Positions 28,877 through 39,136 of a stretch of 50,098 nucleotides of DNA are shown piece by piece (position 1 is the first letter of the stretch; each line of letters starts with the position of its first letter). The translations under genes were made by a program, and so were the position numbers. The stretch is from a virus (lineage: Duplodnaviria > Caudoviricetes), in IMG/VR virus record IMGVR_UViG_3300044756_000004, positions 1 to 50,098 of that record. One strand, written 5' to 3'. The notes under the pieces were generated by a model that saw only the letters and a list, made by a program, of their open reading frames with translations, made no database searches and had not been told where the DNA came from.

Positions 28877-31194
28877 TATACACCTGTATTCTGTGTTTCA
28901 TATGCAGACCATCCGAAGATATTAAAGGGTTCGCCATCTGTTGATTGTAATTTAAATTGAAGTACCAAACCTTGTCCTCGAATACGATGTCTACGCATGA
29001 CAAATGCAAAATTAGGATTGTTTATATTTACTAGCTGAAGCGTACTCCACTTACCACTGTTACCAGTAATTGCGTAGTTCCACTGTCCTTGTATCTTATA
29101 TGACGTAGGTTCGTCATTAACAGAGTACATATAGAGATATGGTATTTGGAACTTACGTTGAGCTTGTCCATGGACTTTATATCCAGTGATAAAGAAGCTT
29201 ACGTAATTAACTGCACCAGTGACAGTCAACCAATCCTTATAACTAGTATCATGCTCATCTGCGTAATAGAAAGTATTATCGTTAGATGAAGCTGGATATT
29301 TAAAACACGGAGGAACAGAAGTACCGGGAGAAGATACGTACAGTATTCCGTTTATAGTAGCTGTCGTAGTTGAATATACCGTATAAGGATAGAAAGCTTT
29401 GTTATACGTATTGTAGTTTAATATCCTATTAAAGTTATATCTGGTCGCTACACTTGAAAACTCTGTATCTCGATATACCCATTGAATTACATAATCAATA
29501 GGATTGTAAGCACCACGAACGTATTTCTTACAGTTAACAGGGATTTCATTATAGAAAGAAAGAATAGTCCCTACTGTAATAGGATTGACTTCCAAGCCAC
29601 CCTGCTGTGCAGGTTGAACTGCATAAATGCCTTCTTCGTTCCAGAAGTAAGGCAGTCCATTGACGTTAATAAATGAAGTCGAACTGATATTCTTAACAGA
29701 AGATATTTTAGTTATTGTATAATCGTTAGCAGTAAAACCTATGCCTTGACTTCCAGTAATAAACCAAATACCATTAGCAGCAAAGACAAGTAAACCGTTC
29801 TGGATTGCAAATAACTTATAGATATTACCACTTCCAAGAATGGTTATTACACCACCGTCAGAAGGAAGAAGATCAAACAACGTTTCTGAAGTAGGATCAT
29901 TCTGTTGGTAACATTTACCAAGTTCAGCAGGAGATTGTACTATCTGTGAGAAGTAGACATTCTCCGTCCAAGTGTATTGAGCAGCGTCTCCTATAGGAGC
30001 TTGCTGTGCATCCACACCTGTATACCAAGCACGACCTGCAAACCATGCACCAGTACGGGGTCTTACACTCGTATTGATATTAGTTACAGGTTGACCTGAG
30101 ACACCAGATTGATTTTGGTTAAATGCATTCAGTATGTAATGTCCTTTAGGAGCATTACCTGATGTAGGCGTAAAATTGCTAGCAGTAGTAGCAGGATCGA
30201 AGACACCAGAGGAGTTTTTAAATCTCCACCAGACATCTGAGTTAGAAGGAAAGGTCCCAGTAGCTACGCCGAATGACGAAGCATAACCTAGACTGATTGG
30301 ATAGATAGTCCAACTATTTCCTGTAGCAATACCCGGAGTTTGTTGAAAATTAACAGCATGAACTATCAATGTAGTTCCTGCATAGGACGTTACTGTTCCT
30401 GTTGCGTATGCTCCTGCATACATTCCGGGGAAATCAGGACCAGTGTAAACAATCTGAACAGTCTGTCCGGGAGATACACCTACTAAACCAGCTGCTACTG
30501 TAAAGTTAGGATTGACGTTTCCTGCCCCAGAATTCCAAGGAGTTGTAGATAAACCAGTCCAAATATTGGTTGTAATCCATCCTTGGTTACCTAGATTATA
30601 CGCATGTTCAGCAGTAAGAACTGTAGTAGGAGGCCTTATATCCGCTCCTATTGGTTCATAGTATCCTGTGAAATCTCTTATCTGAAGAGAAATTGCAGTA
30701 GCTCTAACCGCATTGCTTGCATATGTACAATAAACAGGATTACAACTAGGATGGAAGATAATTAGATATCCATTACCATCTGCATACTGACATTCAGCAG
30801 TTGTATCGAAAGTCCCATTTAAAGCTGTAAATAAAGCCATATCTACTGTAGATACTAATAGCTGAGTACTTAATGGGTTTGCTGTGGTAGCTGTACTAGA
30901 TTTATAGAAATAAATACCATTGCCGATTTGACGCACAACTAATTGAGTCAGTCCATCCCCACCAGCTAAATCCCATTTATAATCGGATAAAGCAGAGTTA
31001 GTACGTGTCTGTGCGAAAGTAGTTCCATTGACTTCCTTGTCTATACCTAACCGACGTATGACATTGCCAACGATAGTGTAAGTACAATTGTCAGTATCCG
31101 TCGCTGCATTCTCTGGGAAGTTGAGTGCAGTGAATTCAGTCACTAATCCTTTTGTGAAGTTATTCTCTACAGAACTGAGTATTTGAGAAGGCAC
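28876..31194 (-). CDS. Tail tubular protein B / nozzle
   Basis: NNFTKGLVTE N-terminus; AWFAGRAWY, VYFSQ, SDGGVI, LLVFAANGIWFI beta-propeller-like motifs. Confidence 0.8.
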   Translation of the reverse strand: MPSQILSSVENNFTKGLVTEFTALNFPENAATDTDNCTYTIVGNVIRRLGIDKEVNGTTFAQTRTNSALSDYKWDLAGGDGLTQLVVRQIGNGIYFYKSSTATTANPLSTQLLVSTVDMALFTALNGTFDTTAECQYADGNGYLIIFHPSCNPVYCTYASNAVRATAISLQIRDFTGYYEPIGADIRPPTTVLTAEHAYNLGNQGWITTNIWTGLSTTPWNSGAGNVNPNFTVAAGLVGVSPGQTVQIVYTGPDFPGMYAGAYATGTVTSYAGTTLIVHAVNFQQTPGIATGNSWTIYPISLGYASSFGVATGTFPSNSDVWWRFKNSSGVFDPATTASNFTPTSGNAPKGHYILNAFNQNQSGVSGQPVTNINTSVRPRTGAWFAGRAWYTGVDAQQAPIGDAAQYTWTENVYFSQIVQSPAELGKCYQQNDPTSETLFDLLPSDGGVITILGSGNIYKLFAIQNGLLVFAANGIWFITGSQGIGFTANDYTITKISSVKNISSTSFINVNGLPYFWNEEGIYAVQPAQQGGLEVNPITVGTILSFYNEIPVNCKKYVRGAYNPIDYVIQWVYRDTEFSSVATRYNFNRILNYNTYNKAFYPYTVYSTTTATINGILYVSSPGTSVPPCFKYPASSNDNTFYYADEHDTSYKDWLTVTGAVNYVSFFITGYKVHGQAQRKFQIPYLYMYSVNDEPTSYKIQGQWNYAITGNSGKWSTLQLVNINNPNFAFVMRRHRIRGQGLVLQFKLQSTDGEPFNIFGWSAYETQNTGV

Positions 31195-31505
31195 TAATCT
31201 ATTACCTGATTGATCTCGATATTACGCGGATTGAAGTAATTATCTGCGTATTTCTTTGCAGCCTTGAAGGAAGTAAACTTACACTTCAATGGCTCAGGGA
31301 CCATGCCCATATCATATTTAAAGGACCACAGAGTTGTCTGAGGGTCCATAATAGCATGTAGTTTATTCTCTCCGTTGAACAACCTAGGGTCAGAAGCGCC
31401 TAATGTATTAAGAGGTTTCTTGCCTTCTATTACAGAAAGAACTAACACTCTATCTGCGCTTTTCATTTTACTTTCAGGAGATATTGCCATTAGAATGCAT
31501 CCCAT
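31194..31505 (-). CDS. Hypothetical protein (likely start MAISPE at 31490)
   Basis: ORF between the two tail genes. Confidence 0.65.
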   Translation of the reverse strand: MGCILMAISPESKMKSADRVLVLSVIEGKKPLNTLGASDPRLFNGENKLHAIMDPQTTLWSFKYDMGMVPEPLKCKFTSFKAAKKYADNYFNPRNIEINQVID

Positions 31506-32389
31506 CCACGTGCTTTAAAGAGACTGATATTACTACGATAGCCCCCACCATGCCTGCCGAAGTCAGGGAGAGCGTCAAAGTAAGTCGGCCTGTCTATGAC
31601 AGCCTTCTTCTTTTGAACCGCTGTCCAGCCTCGCTTGACCTCTTGGGTGGCTAGTGCGTGTGGCTGTTGCTTTAACTCATAGAAGGCTAATGCAGTAGCT
31701 TCGTTGATAAGTAACTGGAACTCTTCATCTGCCAGATTAGGAATGAAACTATCTACCATATCAAAATGAGGAACTACTCGACCTAGCGCCATAGTCTTAC
31801 TAGCCTGAAGAGTAGTATCTTGAGTATTATCGAAGGCATCAAAGATGACGTAGTAATTACTTATGATCGTACAGAAACGAGGTTGCTGTTGGGTCTTAAA
31901 ATAGAACGTAGAACTAGTGTTGTAGTTGTTACTTGTATCTTGAAAGACAAAGCTATCGACGTCTGACTCGTCAGGATTAAACTTATTAACCATGTCTATA
32001 AACTGGCTGATAGGTAATATTGTGACATACAAATACCCCGGAGGTGGGTTCACCCCACTGCCAGAATTATCTTGAAGATCAGTGTTAACACCATGATTAC
32101 CTACTGAAGTACCATCTGTGATATTACTATCGAAGTACTTCAACCATTTAATTTCAGCAATACCTTGAGGTACAAACATCAGTACTGGGTTGCTGGCATC
32201 CAAAGAAGGATCAAGTTGGATAAGCTGATCATGTTCTGGAAGGTCAACCCGACTGATGATGTCGAAGTATTTATTCTTGATTATATTAGCAACTTGAAGA
32301 GATTCGGCAGAATCACTGATGCTATTGACTTCATCAGAACTCATCCTTGAAAGGATGTTCTGAGTCATGTCAAGAAGTGTTTGTTTCAT
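31490..32389 (-). CDS. Tail tubular protein A / head-tail adaptor
   Basis: MKQTLLDMTQNILSRMSSDEVNSISDSAESLQVA, typical of gp11-like adaptors. Confidence 0.8.
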   Translation of the reverse strand: MKQTLLDMTQNILSRMSSDEVNSISDSAESLQVANIIKNKYFDIISRVDLPEHDQLIQLDPSLDASNPVLMFVPQGIAEIKWLKYFDSNITDGTSVGNHGVNTDLQDNSGSGVNPPPGYLYVTILPISQFIDMVNKFNPDESDVDSFVFQDTSNNYNTSSTFYFKTQQQPRFCTIISNYYVIFDAFDNTQDTTLQASKTMALGRVVPHFDMVDSFIPNLADEEFQLLINEATALAFYELKQQPHALATQEVKRGWTAVQKKKAVIDRPTYFDALPDFGRHGGGYRSNISLFKARGWDAF

Positions 32390-32775
32390 TTACGGTTCCA
32401 CATATTTAGACCGATGTTACCCAGTAAGAAAACCAGAACAACGTAAGGAAGATAAGGAATGCTAGTTCTATCGAAAGAAGCAACATGCCACATCCAACCG
32501 TGATCAATCCAAGGAGTCTCGGCGATAATAGTATCCCAAGTAACAAGAGCTACCCAACATGCAACAGGGAAACAGATTATGTCTCTGCACAGACGGATAG
32601 TTATGTTATCATTAGTAGTCTGGATTATCTGCGCACTGATTTTAGCTTCTTCAAGATCATTAGTGCGGTTAGTTTGAAGTTTGCCTAGCTCCGTATCCTT
32701 GAACTTGCTATAGATATTAGCGCCTGTGGTAAACAAGCCTTGGATAATAGGTCCAATAATAGGGAGCCAAAGCAT
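32386..32775 (-). CDS. Membrane protein, holin-like
   Basis: Several hydrophobic segments; downstream of the endolysin. Confidence 0.55.
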   Translation of the reverse strand: MLWLPIIGPIIQGLFTTGANIYSKFKDTELGKLQTNRTNDLEEAKISAQIIQTTNDNITIRLCRDIICFPVACWVALVTWDTIIAETPWIDHGWMWHVASFDRTSIPYLPYVVLVFLLGNIGLNMWNRK

Positions 32776-33116
32776 TACTTAGTTACCGGAGTTTCATCTA
32801 CGATCTTCTTGACGCGCTTCTTAGCCTGCGCAACTGCAGGAGCAGCATCGACAGTCTGAGAAATCTTCAGGAAGGGATCGTTAGCACGACGGGTGATTTC
32901 GGAGAAGATACCTTTAACAAACGCAATCGCTCCAAGAGCCATCACTTGGGTTTTATTAAAAGCAGTTCCTGTTCCAAAGAGACTTGTCAGCGGAGCCCAG
33001 TCCATAAATCCAACACCAGCTATAGCAAGACCCGAAAGAGCCGTAACACGAGCTTCGATGATTGACCCAACAGGGCCGAGGGAGGCTTTGATCTTCTCCC
33101 AGATAGTTTTAAACAT
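32775..33116 (-). CDS. Membrane protein of the lysis cassette
   Basis: Start MFKTIWE; two hydrophobic helices; overlaps the endolysin stop. Confidence 0.6.
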   Translation of the reverse strand: MFKTIWEKIKASLGPVGSIIEARVTALSGLAIAGVGFMDWAPLTSLFGTGTAFNKTQVMALGAIAFVKGIFSEITRRANDPFLKISQTVDAAPAVAQAKKRVKKIVDETPVTK

Positions 33117-33822
33117 TTGTAGTCTTTCTATTTCGATAGAGATGCACACCGACGTCAATCGCCAGTGCGAGGGCAGCAGCGCCCAGTGAGTAAAGGACCC
33201 AGTGATCAGTAAAGTCATTCCATGTAGTGGCTAGTCCACCAATAGTGCCTGCACCAACGATAGTACCAACTGGCACGGTTGCCTTCTTAAAGACACCCAT
33301 GAACTTCAGTAAGCCAGCGCAACCAAGCTGAGTATCAACATGATTAGGATCATAAACCCCATCAGATACATACTTGCCTTTGACATATTGATTGGTTCCT
33401 GCCCAGATATAGGGTGAAGGAACACCCTTGTTATAATAACCTAATCCGTTATACTTCTCCAATAAAGCTAACGTTCCACCGACAGACCAATCATGATTAT
33501 TGGCTGCATAAGGTGGACACTTAGTGAGTGCATCAACTGCACCGTCTTCCCAAGTAGCGAACGGTCCACGTCCTTTAGGGACATGTGTTGATTTCTTATT
33601 AAGAGGATCACCTTGTCCGAGTTGGGTATTCCAATTCTGTGAAGCTTCTCGTTCATGGATGACAGCGATTACATGCCAAGGAACACCAGTAAGTTTTTCA
33701 ACCTTCTGATATCTATCTTTACTTGCCAGCAAACGGTTAGCAACCTTCTCGAAAGCAGGTCCTTTAGCCGCAGAGACCTTACAGTCAGTCCAACGTTTAG
33801 CATTTGTTTCTTGAAGAGTCAT
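33109..33822 (-). CDS. Endolysin, lysozyme family, with C-terminal hydrophobic tail
   Basis: GVPWHVIAVIHEREAS, GQGDPL, VPKGRGPF, LEKYNGLGY, SPYIWAGTNQY, QLGCAGLLK. Confidence 0.85.
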   Translation of the reverse strand: MTLQETNAKRWTDCKVSAAKGPAFEKVANRLLASKDRYQKVEKLTGVPWHVIAVIHEREASQNWNTQLGQGDPLNKKSTHVPKGRGPFATWEDGAVDALTKCPPYAANNHDWSVGGTLALLEKYNGLGYYNKGVPSPYIWAGTNQYVKGKYVSDGVYDPNHVDTQLGCAGLLKFMGVFKKATVPVGTIVGAGTIGGLATTWNDFTDHWVLYSLGAAALALAIDVGVHLYRNRKTTNV

Positions 33823-34721
33823 GTCAATCCTGTTCCTGAAATTATCCACTCAGTCGCGGTTACTTTCACAGCTGTCGCGATACCATTTGCAGCAAGACTT
33901 CTGTTACCAGTTGTACCAGCTCCTGCGAGACGCATAGTATCGGATGTTATGGCTATTGTAATTACTCCGCCAGAGTTTTGGTTAATGAATGTAAGGTTAG
34001 TTCCAATTGGGTAAGCTACGTTCGCATTGCTATCAATCGTCCATGTACGCGCGGTCGTATCGGCTGACGGATGAAAGATATGTTTCTGAGCATCAGCTAA
34101 AACTGTAGTATACGCAGCACTCTTAGAATTCTGTGGAAGATTATCATAGAAGATAGCAGAAGCAGAGCTACCAGTCAGGGTGCCGCCAACACCTATGTTA
34201 AGGGTGCTGCCATCGGTAGCATTAAGAGTTAGATTGTTGTTATTAGTAAATGTCTTAGTATTGGCAATTGACAAAGCTCCGCTACTAGTAACAAACTGTA
34301 CACCGTTTATTGAAGTAGCTGTAGCCACACCGATAGTAGGAGTTACCAACGTAGGTGATGTTGCTAATACAGCAGAGCCAGTACCAGTGACAGCCTTCCA
34401 ACTCATATCGTAGTTGGTAGCACTGTTCTTACTGAGAAGCTGGTTAGTCGTACCACCAGCAGGGACATTGCCTACTGCAGTAGTAACTGCGTTTAATTGA
34501 CGTTGCGTTACAGGTTCAGTATCTGTAGCCGAATCTGGTAGATTTAGAATACGATTACTATTCATATCAAAATTAGCACTCATCGTATTAGGAGAAGTAC
34601 CATCTCTTGATAGAGTATTATCGAATGCTGTCTCTAGGATACCGTTGTTGGCATTAATAGCTGTAACAGCTGTAGTCTGGTTCTCTAAATTAACTAAATC
34701 AGTAAGTGTTATCTTACTCAT
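33819..34721 (-). CDS. Fibre-like virion protein 2
   Basis: N-terminus shared with 34830-36338 (DNTLSRDGT.PN.M...DMNSNRI.NL); Thr/Gly-rich; LATSPTLVTP. Confidence 0.75.
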   Translation of the reverse strand: MSKITLTDLVNLENQTTAVTAINANNGILETAFDNTLSRDGTSPNTMSANFDMNSNRILNLPDSATDTEPVTQRQLNAVTTAVGNVPAGGTTNQLLSKNSATNYDMSWKAVTGTGSAVLATSPTLVTPTIGVATATSINGVQFVTSSGALSIANTKTFTNNNNLTLNATDGSTLNIGVGGTLTGSSASAIFYDNLPQNSKSAAYTTVLADAQKHIFHPSADTTARTWTIDSNANVAYPIGTNLTFINQNSGGVITIAITSDTMRLAGAGTTGNRSLAANGIATAVKVTATEWIISGTGLT

Positions 34722-34833
34722 CTTTCTTTTCCAGTTCTGCTATCTTCTTGTTAGCTTCTTCTAACTGATGCTGAAGTACAGCTATCTGAAAAGAAAATTC
34801 ACCTAGAAGAGTTTTAATTTTATCATCAATCAT
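34714..34833 (-). CDS. Small coiled-coil peptide (39 aa, MIDDKIKTLLGEFSFQIAVLQHQLEEANKKIAELEKKDE)
   Basis: Read manually; overlaps both flanking genes. Confidence 0.55.
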   Translation of the reverse strand: MIDDKIKTLLGEFSFQIAVLQHQLEEANKKIAELEKKDE

Positions 34834-36338
34834 ATTTTGCTTTCTAATGCTTCCAGTCTCTCAAGGACATCGCTCATGGCCGCCCAAAGGTACGGAGTAC
34901 GTGCGCCTTTATCGACACCCCAAGTATCACCGGGAGTGGCTAGGTTTTCATCAATTGAATAAGAAGTCTGTGCTCCCCAACCTATTCCATGAACTCCATC
35001 GGATTTCCATTTGAAGTCACGAACCGGATCAGCCTTGATAATCCTAATAGCTTCCTTAGGATCATATTTACCTATGAAGTCTTTAAGTCTTTCGTCTGAA
35101 GTTGTATTATACGCTGTTGCTCCGGCAGAAGTAGAAATCGAACCTACTTGGGCACTTGCTCTAAAAAATAGAGCCGCACTGCCAGTTCCAGCGTTGGTAT
35201 CATTAATTAGGAGACCTTGTTGCGAGACACCTGAATATTGAACATTAAACCGTTCTACCGCTAATTGAGCAGTTAAGCCACCTACGTACAAATTACCAGT
35301 CAATACACTAGGATTGCCGGGAGCACCTTGGTAAAGGAAATAACTATTAATTGCCCCAGACAATGGATTGGCGTAGTAAGCATACTGATTTGTTACGCCA
35401 CCAGCCCCAATATTGCTATTAAGCATAAAGAAGCCGTAAGCATTGTCGATAATACCAGCGGCATTAGTAACCGTAGGTTGTGCAGTAAACCCTGCCCATT
35501 CTTGACAATGACCTGAGGCATTAAAGATTTGTCTTGCTTGGAAACCATGAACATGGTTCATAGGAGTGGTGCAAGTGCCATTCATCTGGAAGGCAGAGTC
35601 GAAAGACGCATACCCAGAGAATGCACCTCCAGTGACAGCTTCAGTTAATACACTTTCATCTCGGAAAGCGTGAGAATTAAAAAGACCTGATGCAGGAGTA
35701 AAGGTTCTTGTAACAAGAACAGCAGAGTCATCGCCTGAACCGGGGCCACTTCCTACAACAAGAGGTACAGCAGCAACACCACTGAGAATACCATTGCTTG
35801 TTAATTTAACTGCATTAGGAAAAGTAGTTGTAGCTCCGTTGAATGCAGTGTTTCCGCTGAATGTCGCACCTGTACTAAATACAGGAGTACTAGAGAAAGT
35901 TTGAACACCACTCCAAGTAATTGCACCGGCAACAGTAGTAATAGTACTACCTCCGGTAACTACAGTGGAACCTAGAGTAAAAGTAAATGGAGTTGGTGTG
36001 ATCCAACTCATATCGTAGTTAGTTATACTATTCTTTGTTAGAACAGCACCAGTTGCTCCGCCGGTAGGAACGTTATTCAATGTAACTGTTCCGCCTGCAG
36101 CGATATTCGCTAAGTCTTGTAATCTCGCCGGTTCGCTACTAGAGACAGGAGCCGCTAGATTTATAATTCTATTGGAATTCATATCTAGAGTGGCCAACAT
36201 CTGATTAGGTTGCGTGCCATCTCTAGATAGAGTATTATCCATAGCGTTCTGGACAGTCACACTATTTGCATTGATAGTATTAGCTGCCGTAGTGGCGTCG
36301 ATTAGACTACCAACTGGATTTAGTGTGATTTTGCTCAT
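34830..36338 (-). CDS. Tail fibre/spike with C-terminal intramolecular chaperone (peptidase S74-like)
   Basis: YNTTSDERLKD, FKWKSDG..GIGWGAQ, terminal coiled coil LERLEALES. Confidence 0.8.
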   Translation of the reverse strand: MSKITLNPVGSLIDATTAANTINANSVTVQNAMDNTLSRDGTQPNQMLATLDMNSNRIINLAAPVSSSEPARLQDLANIAAGGTVTLNNVPTGGATGAVLTKNSITNYDMSWITPTPFTFTLGSTVVTGGSTITTVAGAITWSGVQTFSSTPVFSTGATFSGNTAFNGATTTFPNAVKLTSNGILSGVAAVPLVVGSGPGSGDDSAVLVTRTFTPASGLFNSHAFRDESVLTEAVTGGAFSGYASFDSAFQMNGTCTTPMNHVHGFQARQIFNASGHCQEWAGFTAQPTVTNAAGIIDNAYGFFMLNSNIGAGGVTNQYAYYANPLSGAINSYFLYQGAPGNPSVLTGNLYVGGLTAQLAVERFNVQYSGVSQQGLLINDTNAGTGSAALFFRASAQVGSISTSAGATAYNTTSDERLKDFIGKYDPKEAIRIIKADPVRDFKWKSDGVHGIGWGAQTSYSIDENLATPGDTWGVDKGARTPYLWAAMSDVLERLEALESKI

Positions 36339-36601
36339 TAGCTGCCCGTAGTAATAGAAGCCCAACCAGTCGTACCGTTCGTATTGATATACGCACGAGT
36401 AGACGTACTAGAGCCTGCAGTGCTCAGACAAAGGGTTCCTTTAGGAGCCGAGAATGTCGGAGGAGAGACAGAACTTACTGTGATGTAAGGCTGTGCCGAA
36501 GAAGCAAGCTGAGCACTGGTTTGGGAGTCATAGGTAAAAACCTGTGCATCCTGAATTTCAGTATTCCCTTGCATGTTGTAGTTAGATGTAGGTAGAACCA
36601 T
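36338..36601 (-). CDS. Small virion-associated protein
   Basis: PTFSAPKGTLCL...RAYINTNGTTGW beta-rich motif. Confidence 0.65.
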   Translation of the reverse strand: MVLPTSNYNMQGNTEIQDAQVFTYDSQTSAQLASSAQPYITVSSVSPPTFSAPKGTLCLSTAGSSTSTRAYINTNGTTGWASITTGS

Positions 36602-36612
36602 TTGTTTTCCTT

Positions 36613-36643
36613 ATAAAGAAATGGGGGCCATTGCTGACCCCCA
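36613..36643 (-). terminator. Terminator after the capsid genes
   Basis: On the - strand: TGGGGGTC-loop-GGCCCCCA followed by TTTCTTT. Confidence 0.7.
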
Positions 36644-36649
36644 AGTCAG

Positions 36650-37177
36650 TTACTGGGTGATAGTACCGATACCACGATACTTGATACGAATCTTCATAAC
36701 ACCGTTAGTAAACGTACCCACGTTTGTAAGCGTGATGTAAGCAAAACCATCAGTGAAGTTAGTAGTCGCACCAATCAAGGTACCTGCCGCAGACGTACCA
36801 GCAGTGTAGATAACCTTCTTACCCGCAGGGGTAACGGTTGCCAACACTTCGCCAGTGATGAAAGAACCAGCGGCAGTGCCACCAGTACCCACAGTAGAGC
36901 GGTCGGCTCGCATCGTACCGATGGAGAACGACGTACCACCAGCAGCAGCAACTTCAACGTCCATCTCAACCTGCTCAACAAAGCAGTTCGAGGGGAACAT
37001 CGTAGTGTTAGCGAGGATAGTAGTCGCACCCGCAGCGGTATTCGCGAGGGTAACGGTCAACTCGATTTCGCGAGTCTCACCGTAAGAGAGGTAGTCACCA
37101 GCCGTAGTTGGGACTGCCTTAGAAGTTCCGTATTGCCTAAACAGGCCATCCGGATCGAGATAATTGCCACCAGCCAT
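36650..37177 (-). CDS. Capsid decoration/cement-like protein
   Basis: Directly after the capsid gene; DGL...YG N-terminus; beta-rich. Confidence 0.65.
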   Translation of the reverse strand: MAGGNYLDPDGLFRQYGTSKAVPTTAGDYLSYGETREIELTVTLANTAAGATTILANTTMFPSNCFVEQVEMDVEVAAAGGTSFSIGTMRADRSTVGTGGTAAGSFITGEVLATVTPAGKKVIYTAGTSAAGTLIGATTNFTDGFAYITLTNVGTFTNGVMKIRIKYRGIGTITQ

Positions 37178-37189
37178 AGTTTGTTCTCC

Positions 37190-38149
37190 TTAGGCAGGCA
37201 CTGCAGCGAGTGCAGTGAGTATAGTGACCATGTTCTCAGGCCGATAAAGCTTAAAGCCGTATTCAGCGATAGTGAGATACTCTTCCTGTTGCAGGTCCTT
37301 GTTAAACTCACTGTAGACGGTGGGCATCTGACGGAAGCCACCAATCCACGGCGTAGTATCACCGGGAGTTGCAGAGAAGAAGTAGTTCGCTACACCATTA
37401 GTAACCGCGACGGAGTTGATAGTTTCCGAAGCAATTGCCGGAAGGTAATTGCTGACGTAGATATCGAAACCGTAGATATTGAAGCGGAACTTAAAGCCCG
37501 TAACAATACCGTCACGCGTGACATCACCCCACATAGGCATGGGAGAGATCAGGTTGACGAGGTTAGCTTGGGTCTGAAGCGTATAAGCCACAGAGGGATC
37601 AACGACGGCACAGAGGTTCACCAGCGGCACATTGGCCTTGGTGAGAGCATACTGAGCTTTAGCAAAGTCGGCCAGAGTGACAGTCTGTCCGGTTCCGCCT
37701 GCGACCCAACGATGGGAAGCGCCGTTAATAGTGTTGAGGTTAGATGCAGTTTGTCCAGAGTTCGCGACTGCGAAAATCCGAGTTTCAACAGCTTCCATGA
37801 GCGCACGATGCTGACGAGGCACGAAGGCCGCGATCACATCCTGAGCATAAAAGCTATCTCGCTTAAACTTTTCGCTGATTGCGTTAGCAGAGTACTTGTA
37901 CTGGTCGAACGAGAACGTGAAGTTACCCGTATCGAACTGATTGTACTTAACTGCCATGTTTTCATTGAAGTCGGCAGTTTCTGCTTCACCAATCGACGGA
38001 ATATTTAAAGTATAGCCATCGGGGAAGTCGGAGAGAACCTTAACAAACTTCATCGCATTCAGTTCATCAAGAAGGAGTTCTTTGATCTGACGCGACCAAA
38101 GGTTAGTCCTTACAAGATACTGATTGTTCATGTCGGTAAAACCGGCCAT
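37190..38149 (-). CDS. Major capsid protein
   Basis: LVRTNLWS, FPDGYTLNIPSIG, IYGFDIYVSNYLP, YGFKLYRPENMV; follows the scaffold gene. Confidence 0.9.
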   Translation of the reverse strand: MAGFTDMNNQYLVRTNLWSRQIKELLLDELNAMKFVKVLSDFPDGYTLNIPSIGEAETADFNENMAVKYNQFDTGNFTFSFDQYKYSANAISEKFKRDSFYAQDVIAAFVPRQHRALMEAVETRIFAVANSGQTASNLNTINGASHRWVAGGTGQTVTLADFAKAQYALTKANVPLVNLCAVVDPSVAYTLQTQANLVNLISPMPMWGDVTRDGIVTGFKFRFNIYGFDIYVSNYLPAIASETINSVAVTNGVANYFFSATPGDTTPWIGGFRQMPTVYSEFNKDLQQEEYLTIAEYGFKLYRPENMVTILTALAAVPA

Positions 38150-38174
38150 AAATGAAGTCCTTAAAAGTTGTTAT

Positions 38175-38894
38175 TTAATTACGTCCATAGAATGCCTCTT
38201 CGCCAATTTCAATGACGTCGTTATGCATCTGGACAGCGATTTTAGGATCAAGGTACAATTTAGGATTGCTCTTCTTGAGTTCCTGATAATAAGCCCAGTC
38301 TCGTTTGTTACTAGCGCGTGGTGAGAAATTGTCGTTTCTCTGCGCTGAACGTGGAGGGGTTTGAAAATTTTCTTTCATTTCGTTATTCAATCCAACTAAG
38401 CGAAAGATCGCATCGGGAGATTCCATAGCAATTTCTTGAATCTTTTCATCAGGTAGTCCTGTTTCTCGGAGGACAGCTTGATAGCTGTTACCGAATCGTT
38501 CCTTGAGTTTATCTTGAACCAGCTTAGCATTAGCCGCTTGACGTTCCTCACGTCGCGTTTTAGCGATGGCTTCGGTTATCTTCTTGTCAATGTCTATAGG
38601 TTCGGGTCGGCTCTCTATTACTTCGTTCGCTGGGGTGTGTTCGCTATTAGAAGGTCCTGCCTTATTTAGTCGATCAACTAATTCTTGCAGGCTAGCCTGT
38701 GCATCCAATTGTTTCTTAGCTTCAAGGTAATCCTTGGAGATATCGTCTTGTCGCTTGGTCAGCGTCTTGACAAACAGATCGGAGTTAATCTTAGCTTCGA
38801 GGAGTTCTTCCTTGGACTTGTCTTTCCATTTGTTTAGAAGTTCTTCTCGTTCTGAAGTCTCGTTTTGGTCAACGGGTTCTTCGAATAAATTCAT
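38175..38894 (-). CDS. Scaffolding protein
   Basis: Charged coiled-coil protein just before the capsid gene. Confidence 0.75.
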   Translation of the reverse strand: MNLFEEPVDQNETSEREELLNKWKDKSKEELLEAKINSDLFVKTLTKRQDDISKDYLEAKKQLDAQASLQELVDRLNKAGPSNSEHTPANEVIESRPEPIDIDKKITEAIAKTRREERQAANAKLVQDKLKERFGNSYQAVLRETGLPDEKIQEIAMESPDAIFRLVGLNNEMKENFQTPPRSAQRNDNFSPRASNKRDWAYYQELKKSNPKLYLDPKIAVQMHNDVIEIGEEAFYGRN

Positions 38895-39136
38895 TTTGCC
38901 TCTTGGTCTAGGTTTATAAGTTTGGATATCTTTTTAAGACAACGGTTGTACCCAATCATATCCGCTTGTCTAAGTTCCCAATTGGGAAGATTGTAATCGT
39001 TTGCTTCCGGCTCTATCTTCTCTTCATCGAGAAGAGTCTGCATTCTACGGAAGACTACTTTCGAACCAAGTAGTTGATTCTTGAAGTCCGCTTGTTCTGC
39101 CTCGGTCTTGAGGTGTTTATACCAAGCAGATATCAC
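38891..39136 (-). CDS. Hypothetical protein (head module)
   Basis: DYNLPNWELRQADMIGYNR; lies between portal and scaffold. Confidence 0.7.
   Translation of the reverse strand: MISAWYKHLKTEAEQADFKNQLLGSKVVFRRMQTLLDEEKIEPEANDYNLPNWELRQADMIGYNRCLKKISKLINLDQEAK

Noticed and set aside
33819-36338. Diversity-generating retroelement or invertible fibre switch
   Set aside because: No reverse transcriptase or invertase gene and no adenine-specific template/variable repeat pair.
37133-38008. 291-aa + strand ORF and other long antisense ORFs (e.g. 1001..1576, 1628..2290, 25011..25529)
   Set aside because: Shadows of codon-biased real genes on the opposite strand.
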